Positions 58,901 to 63,675 of a stretch of DNA of 63,675 nt are shown one piece after another (the first letter of the stretch is position 1; each line of letters begins with the position of its first letter). The notes beneath the pieces were generated by a model, which worked only from the letters and a program-made list of their open reading frames with translations, was not told the origin of the DNA and searched no databases. Origin of the DNA: Patescibacteria group bacterium (GTDB taxonomy: Bacteria; Patescibacteriota; JACPGU01); the NCBI GenBank assembly GCA_028718745.1, contig JAQULF010000004.1, positions 1 through 63,675 on the forward strand. The letters are read 5' to 3'. A program made the translations under genes and the position numbers.

Positions 58901-61864
58901 ATTTTCCCAGTCGCCGGCAACAGTAATTGATTTATTCAAAGTAAGAGTTCCGCTTGTGATTTTGAGATTGCCAAAAGTATTTGCCCCTGTACCACCCGTA
59001 GCGCAACTAGCGGTAAATTCTTCTGTACTACCAGCATTATATATCAAAGCGTCAGCATTTGCTGTTAAATTACCGCCATGTTTTACCAATGTCCCCGACA
59101 TGGTTGTAAAAATTGGATCATAGCCGGCTGTTGCGCTTCCGTATGCCAAAGTACTGCCAAAAATTATAGTGCCGGCGCTGGTGATATTTTGAATTGTACC
59201 GGCTTGAAATGTTTCGGCGCCATTCATAGTTATAGTGCCCGAAGTAACACTGACAACTTGGTCTGCTTCCGTTGTATTATTTGCAAATACAATACTACCT
59301 GTTGTAGTCAGCGATCCGGTAGTCACGACTACTTGAGATACGCGGGCATTGATGTTTGTACCAACAAAACTAACATTTCCACCAACGCTAGCCGAACCAT
59401 CATTTATATTCCAAGAGTTAACGATACCATCCGTAGTAGGTTGATTAATAGTAACATTACCGGTAATAGATAATGAATTAGTTCCTGAAAAAGTAAGACT
59501 GGTATTAATACTTGTTCCGGTTATGGTTAAACTTTTTATTGTAGTTCCACTCACATCAAGAGTAACAACATGTCCATTGGCGATAGTAACATCATCGGAA
59601 GATGTGGGAACATGACCGCAGGTCCAGTTCCCGGCCGTGTTCCAATTCATAGGAGTAGTATTGGATTGACACGCCGCATCTGAAGCTATTTGCCATGAAC
59701 GGGTTTCAGTAAAAATTGAACCGGCGCTAGCTGGGCCAAGAAGATAGAGCTGCGGAGAAACTTTGGGAGCAGCATAAGTATAGGTAAGAGCCATTTCTTC
59801 GCCGCTGCTAAGATTGAGATCCCAAGAAATTATTTTTTTGCCTCCAAAATCATTTAAAGATATATAGGGTGTGTCATTATTAATAGTTGGATCAACTATT
59901 TCAAAAGTACTCGGGACCTGTTCTTCAAATGTTCCTGAAAAATCCTCGCTGGCTGTAATTTTAAAAGTCATTTTGTAATTAGCTTCAAAAGGGTTGATTC
60001 TTGTAGCGCCCGCCCTTTCAACAGTTATTGGCATACTGCCTCCAACCCTAAAACTATCACTAATGGAATAATTATTATTTAGATTGGTTAATTCCATTTG
60101 GTAGACACCTACAGATCCTGTCGTAAAATAAGCATAGTAGTCCGGGTTATCGGTAACATTATCTTTGCCACACTCGGTACTGTAAAAAATACTTCCATCA
60201 GCAGTTGTTAATGTAGATACAATGCCATCAGGATCAGTTATTTCCAATTGAAGATTGGCATCACAAACCGTTGAACCATTATCATCCAAAACACCCATTT
60301 GGATATAAGAAGTTTCGTCTGAAAGATAAATCGTTTTATCTAAATTGACAGCCAAAACTCCCCAAACAAAGCTCTGGTTGGAAATTAAAAGATTTCCGGT
60401 CCCATCAGCAATTTCTATGTGAAGCATGTATTTTCCTGGTCTGAAGGATTCAGTTGGTTTGGGAAGCACAATCTTTGTTGCGCCATTAACCACATCTATA
60501 ACGGGACTTACCATCTTAACATCACCAATCATATCCGTAGTATAAGCCGTTACCACTTGAGGTGATAGATCTTGGGCATAAGCGCTGATACTTCTTAAAA
60601 AACTTAATACTTGGTCTTTTATGCTTTCACTTTCTGCCGGCTGTTCCTCTCCTGATTGATTTGCATCACTAGGAGTTATTTGTAAATCTGGAGTTGGCGG
60701 AGGAGTTTCTTCGGTTGGCATTAGACTCTCAATTGTTGGTGTTTCAGTTGCTGGCGCAGGCGCTAAATCGGGTGTGGGAGTTGGAGCGGTAGTATCTTCT
60801 TCCGCCGGTAGGCTGACTGATTCTTGATCGGGTTGTTCCTGACTAACCGAAGGTGCTGGCGATATTTGATCAATATTATCAGAAGAATTATCTTCGCTTG
60901 TTGGCGTCAAATTATTAGGCGTCAAATTATTAGAAGAATCCGTTGGGATTTGGGGATTTGTCTGGTTTGTATTTTCTGAAGAAATATCCTGTTCCGTAGT
61001 TTCAATTTTTTCATTTTTTTCATTCAAAATCGGCGCTTCAACTACAGGTTTCTCCTCTAAAATATCTTTGGGGATTATATTTTCTTTTATCACAAACTCT
61101 ATATTTTCTCCCGCCTGAAAACTGCTGCGCGGATTTTCAAAAACCTTATCTTTGCTTACTTTTATTTTTTTAAAGGAATTAAGCATTTCTGTAGTTAAAA
61201 CATCTTCCAAAACGGCTTCTAAAGAAAAACTATCAATACCAATATCCGGTGAGTCAGAAGAATTATTTATTACTGGTTCTAAAGCAATTTGCAGCTGATC
61301 TATTTCATAAGCAAATTTCAAGGGAATATTCAAACTTTCCGCGATGTCTCCGGCAAAAATATCTCCGGCTTTATACCAAATTTTTCCATCCAGAGAATAT
61401 TTTAAAATAAAAATCGGATTAGGATCACCCGGATAAATGCTCGGTTGAGCCGGAGAAGTATCGTTATTGTTTTCTAAAACAAATTTTAGTTTGGCGCTTT
61501 TTATTTTTCTCTGATCTTGCTTCTCATTTATATTAGCCTCGTCTTTTTTAAAAGCTTTACAGGCAAGCGCTGGCGAGGAATTATTTAATAAAATCACCTG
61601 ACCGTCTGAAACTCCTTGCGCTTTATCAGCATTTTCTGACCCGAAACAATCCGTTGGAAAAAAACTTTCCGATTGCGCCTTGCTGCCAAGCCTCCCCCAT
61701 GGCCCTATAACTATAACAAATAAAAAAACTATGGCTAAAGAAAATAAAATAGCATGCCAATTTTTATTCAAACAATTCCGGCAACTACAAAAACAGCTGG
61801 TATTTTTTTGTTTCGTCTTCTCGGTGGATTTCCGATGAGACAATTTTCTTTTCTTCTTTACCAT
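55967..61864 (-). CDS. Giant (1965 aa) membrane-anchored repetitive surface protein with WxL-like C-terminal domain
   Basis: Basic N-terminus + TM anchor; P/T/E-rich linker; 269-aa tandem repeats rich in G/T/N/S; C-terminus homologous to the 63189-63675 product (FDC...TWTLSIAAT...). Confidence 0.8.
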   Translation of the reverse strand: MVKKKRKLSHRKSTEKTKQKNTSCFCSCRNCLNKNWHAILFSLAIVFLFVIVIGPWGRLGSKAQSESFFPTDCFGSENADKAQGVSDGQVILLNNSSPALACKAFKKDEANINEKQDQRKIKSAKLKFVLENNNDTSPAQPSIYPGDPNPIFILKYSLDGKIWYKAGDIFAGDIAESLNIPLKFAYEIDQLQIALEPVINNSSDSPDIGIDSFSLEAVLEDVLTTEMLNSFKKIKVSKDKVFENPRSSFQAGENIEFVIKENIIPKDILEEKPVVEAPILNEKNEKIETTEQDISSENTNQTNPQIPTDSSNNLTPNNLTPTSEDNSSDNIDQISPAPSVSQEQPDQESVSLPAEEDTTAPTPTPDLAPAPATETPTIESLMPTEETPPPTPDLQITPSDANQSGEEQPAESESIKDQVLSFLRSISAYAQDLSPQVVTAYTTDMIGDVKMVSPVIDVVNGATKIVLPKPTESFRPGKYMLHIEIADGTGNLLISNQSFVWGVLAVNLDKTIYLSDETSYIQMGVLDDNGSTVCDANLQLEITDPDGIVSTLTTADGSIFYSTECGKDNVTDNPDYYAYFTTGSVGVYQMELTNLNNNYSISDSFRVGGSMPITVERAGATRINPFEANYKMTFKITASEDFSGTFEEQVPSTFEIVDPTINNDTPYISLNDFGGKKIISWDLNLSSGEEMALTYTYAAPKVSPQLYLLGPASAGSIFTETRSWQIASDAACQSNTTPMNWNTAGNWTCGHVPTSSDDVTIANGHVVTLDVSGTTIKSLTITGTSINTSLTFSGTNSLSITGNVTINQPTTDGIVNSWNINDGSASVGGNVSFVGTNINARVSQVVVTTGSLTTTGSIVFANNTTEADQVVSVTSGTITMNGAETFQAGTIQNITSAGTIIFGSTLAYGSATAGYDPIFTTMSGTLVKHGGNLTANADALIYNAGSTEEFTASCATGGTGANTFGNLKITSGTLTLNKSITVAGDWENNSGASALAGNFTVVMSGNSKVIKGNYSTTFYGLTIGDGANITINLDTTIGLGDLIFSATTAGNQSLTLNDATVDLLITGSGAIVTMNQPTGDNLISSFYINAGTATIDTDYISFVGTSTNARVSQIIVTSGSLTVANDINFANDITEANQVVSFTSGTITINGLQTFQAGTIQNITSAGTIIFNNVLDYGSVTAGYDPIFTTMSGETIKFGNDFTVRDNLVFDPGSTAEFIGNSYPRPFTGSITFGNFKITSGTITMTAGFTVAGDWTNNSSDSALTGNYVVTMNGASNVIDGTYSTPFYGLLITSSASAVANITLNTACSIGAGRLVITPGAYATTFTQASGIALTMSGAVTLNQPTAAVTSAWNINNGSAIVAGTITMAGTDATAGFVSAINITTGALTMGGITFAAGGAANKVISISGAGTAKISGIITNPTNATSSPGATSTWAFNSTTAGQSIPVAWGTAAAYANLQILNTNVSGAYPAAAITSTNVTGNITVGDDSDTAAIFKNNGVNIAGAGTASFIVKNSATFSMSGTTQTFPTGFGTYTFGATSTTIYNQTGAQTITAITTPGYGNLTLNPAGAPTYQLGASGGSFLMQGDLTIGNGTNAVVVSGTTNDPVITVAGNILINASATLAAPDAGGSTINLEGNWTNNGTFTHNNGIVVIKGISSGQTLSGTMTSASAFETLTITNNTGTDPDTDPSVIFSASATATTFNALTASTKIRFNAGSTYAFTNFNVNGQSSSTRVQLRSSSTPTQWILVASGSPVVYSTNAKDSDASSGSTINATDTSNLNGGNNFSWNFGDLFSDVVDSSGIHVVSPVYPLQSASLGFDCQSSTGTLGDSSQKIRVNNDSATKTWTLSIAATSGSSALWDTGSTTFDFNDSLGSGCTNGQLAINPTTATVTAKSGCTTTGINKGGLASFVQGSVDSITLLQSDSSAATGCYWDLTGAGLTQKIPVEQSIGNYSIDMTITAVTY
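57600..59500 (-). repeat. Tandem ~807-nt (269-aa) coding repeats inside the giant gene (approximate bounds)
   Basis: Landmarks ACCGGCTTGAAATGTTT at 58391 and 59198, and GATACGCGGGCATT at 58530 and 59337, are each 807 nt apart; a third degenerate unit lies downstream. Confidence 0.7.
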
Positions 61865-61955
61865 AATCTTATTCTACACAAAATTTTTCTACAAAAGAAG
61901 AGCAAAAAAAATTCGCCTGTTGGCGAATTTTTTATTTTTAAAAATCCTAAAGACC

Positions 61956-63146
61956 CTATCTCTTTATCTTTGGTGGAACCAATATCTCTGTTCCCGATTT
62001 CAACATGTAGGGCGGTTTCAATTTATTTATTTTTGCTAACAATTTCCAAGAAACGGTGAACTCGTTAGCTAATTTATCAATCTCATCCCCATGTTTTACT
62101 TTGTAACCCTTCCAATGTTTGACAATCCATTTCCTCTTCTTCTTTTTCAAAATGATTAATATTATCAAAAGAATAATTAAAAACGAAACAACAATTTCAA
62201 TGATTAATTCTGTAAGACATGGCATCACAAAGAAAGACACCGTGGGTCCATCTAGGTGTGTCATTGGTATATCGCCGGTAACGATGTTTTCATCTACATT
62301 CGGATCGGAGTTATAATCCACTGTCATCTTAGCTTTATAAAAACCTCCCCAGGGAAAATCTGTATTGGAAACTTCAAAACTCCAATCCGAGGCTTGTCCT
62401 CTTAGGGTTAAATATTTTCCTCCGTAATAAAAACTTTTGCCGTCTTTTAATAATGGTAAAAAACCAAATAGCGAAGGGGTTATTCTAACATTAGCATTGA
62501 TTGAGGTATTGCCCGTATTTTTTATTTTTGGTTTTAAAAACCTTTTGCCATCCGGGTTTTTTATAAAATCCAGACTAACTATTTCTATTTTTTTAATTAG
62601 ATCCCCCGGTATAGTTATGGAAACCCTAAGAGCGGAACGAAATGAAAGCGTCATTCCACTGTTTTTGGTATCTGCTTTGGGAGCAGTATTTTCTTGAATA
62701 ACTATGCAAGCCGAATGTTCTCCGACAGATGCATCCTGCGGCACATTTATGGTGAAGGGCACTATTTCCGAAGTCATTGAATCCAGGGTCAGGTTCGTTT
62801 TGGAAAGATTTATCCAATTGCCGGTTTCTTTTATAGAATCGGCTTTTTGAGCGCAGGCAAAAGCCCCGCCGGATGAAACCACTGAATCCACCGCATAGAC
62901 TAAAATGTCTTTATTGTCAGCAGTATTATTGATTACTTTAACGCCATCATTGATCGTCTGCCCGGCAGGAGATGTCCAAATAAAAATATCCGCGCTTCTT
63001 GGATTATCTGTCCTCGGATACGCTGGTTTCCCGCCTAAACCGCCGTATTCAACAGCAAAAGCTGGGGTAGAAGAAAATAAAAAAATAAAAAAATAAAAAA
63101 ATAAAAAAATCAGGGTTAGGATGTTTTTAGATCTTTGTTTAAGCAT
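61956..63146 (-). CDS. DUF916/DUF3324-like (WxL-interacting-protein-like) surface protein with C-terminal TM and LysM domain
   Basis: Signal peptide; ...ADIFIWTSPAGQTINDGVKVINNT..LVYAVDS...NWINL...VPFTINVPQDASVGEHSACIVIQ; TM; LysM YKVKHGDEIDKLANEF...GTEILVP. Confidence 0.6.
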   Translation of the reverse strand: MLKQRSKNILTLIFLFFYFFIFLFSSTPAFAVEYGGLGGKPAYPRTDNPRSADIFIWTSPAGQTINDGVKVINNTADNKDILVYAVDSVVSSGGAFACAQKADSIKETGNWINLSKTNLTLDSMTSEIVPFTINVPQDASVGEHSACIVIQENTAPKADTKNSGMTLSFRSALRVSITIPGDLIKKIEIVSLDFIKNPDGKRFLKPKIKNTGNTSINANVRITPSLFGFLPLLKDGKSFYYGGKYLTLRGQASDWSFEVSNTDFPWGGFYKAKMTVDYNSDPNVDENIVTGDIPMTHLDGPTVSFFVMPCLTELIIEIVVSFLIILLIILIILKKKKRKWIVKHWKGYKVKHGDEIDKLANEFTVSWKLLAKINKLKPPYMLKSGTEILVPPKIKR

Positions 63147-63188
63147 AATATTGGTTTTTTATTTTTTAGTTTTTTATTTTCTTATCCC

Positions 63189-63675
63189 CTATAATGCTGT
63201 CGCGGTCAAAGTAAAGCTTAAAGTATAAACTGCCGGCGCTTGCTCTGCGGGAATGGTATTTTTTATATCTATTCCCTTAAAATAGCCTCTCCAGATATCG
63301 GCGGAGCCCGCAGTTGCAGCTACTAATGTGATACTATCTTTTACCCCCTCCGCAAAAGCATCAGCTGATTGCAAAGAAATGCCGGTAACATCGCTTCCTG
63401 AATAATCCGTTGTAATTGACCCGACTGTCGGGTCAACGGTCATCTGTCCGGCAACCAAATCTGCATCTGCGCTATCTGTGCACCCCGAACCGGTCGGGTC
63501 GTTAAAATCATACGAATTGCTCCCGCCATCCGTCCAGACAGCCGTTGAAGTAGCCGCCATAGTAAGATTCCAGGCGCCGCTTACCGCATTTGGATTATCA
63601 ACATAAACTCTCTGCGTATTTGTCCCCAATGTACCATCTGACCTATTGGCGCCCGTCAAACAATCAAAAGAAAAG
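63189..63675 (-). CDS. WxL-like surface protein, 5' end beyond window edge
   Basis: Frame stays open to nt 63675; (F)DC..SDGTLG...AWNLTMAAT...YDFND..GSGC aligns with the C-terminal domain of the giant protein. Confidence 0.6.
   Translation of the reverse strand, partial: FSFDCLTGANRSDGTLGTNTQRVYVDNPNAVSGAWNLTMAATSTAVWTDGGSNSYDFNDPTGSGCTDSADADLVAGQMTVDPTVGSITTDYSGSDVTGISLQSADAFAEGVKDSITLVAATAGSADIWRGYFKGIDIKNTIPAEQAPAVYTLSFTLTATAL

Noticed and set aside
55967-61864. Diversity-generating retroelement target (variable repeat) in the giant or pilin genes
   Set aside because: There is no reverse transcriptase ORF in the window, and no template/variable repeat pair differing only at adenines. The internal repeats are ordinary tandem coding repeats.
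63078-63110. (AAAAAATA)x4 repeat as a regulatory or phase-variable element
   Set aside because: It lies within the hydrophobic signal-peptide coding region (LIFLFFYFFIFLF) of an AT-rich gene. This is plausibly a compositional by-product, so it was noted but not pursued.

Overview
AT-rich bacterial chromosome segment. Hand counts of 60-nt samples give 27-33% GC in core genes. The gene content suggests a Candidate Phyla Radiation / Patescibacteria-type genome (inference only): a T4SS_pilin-type pilin, a sigma region-4/HARE-HTH protein, porGDAB, class II RNR plus ThyX, and few Shine-Dalgarno sites. Core genes, left to right: ftsZ (partial), nrdJ, a lipoprotein serine protease, thyX, tmk, glyA, a MYG1-family protein, corrinoid adenosyltransferase, a DUF167 protein, ileS, rplU, secE-nusG-rplKAJL, tgt, a U32 peptidase, two VirD4/TraD-like ATPases flanking a pilin-fusion gene and a RAYT transposase, a sigma-like protein, secDF, rluD-like, LOG, cysS, recR, eno, porGDAB with an embedded receiver-domain gene, and a surface-protein cluster (1965-aa repetitive protein, DUF916/DUF3324-like LysM protein, WxL-like protein). 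No rRNA, tRNA or CRISPR array was found. Three things stand out. (1) The window is saturated with small structured repeats. These include a RAYT flanked by inverted REPs, 112-bp REP-doublet elements bracketing thyX next to a relic of an older thyX 3' end, a ~97-bp palindromic element present three times, and double-hairpin elements with compensatory changes. Long palindromes built from short degenerate 'words' fill almost every intergenic spacer. (2) Several of these elements sit in frame inside conserved genes (tgt, U32 peptidase, rluD-like, VirD4-like, cobA-like, ileS, porD). They include GTAG+palindrome 24-mers translated as VGAxxxAP. (3) About ten visibly GC-richer islets (43-52% in hand samples) lie between housekeeping genes. 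They encode orphan small membrane, secreted or hypothetical proteins with strong GGAGG ribosome-binding sites and GC-rich terminators, and several have canonical promoters. Most core genes lack an SD, and several look leaderless. One islet-like unit at 35.43-35.89 kb has a promoter, an SD, a 27-codon ORF, a ~270-nt helix-rich tail and a terminator. It is a candidate dual-function or noncoding RNA. All functional calls rest on motif recognition by eye. No searches were run.
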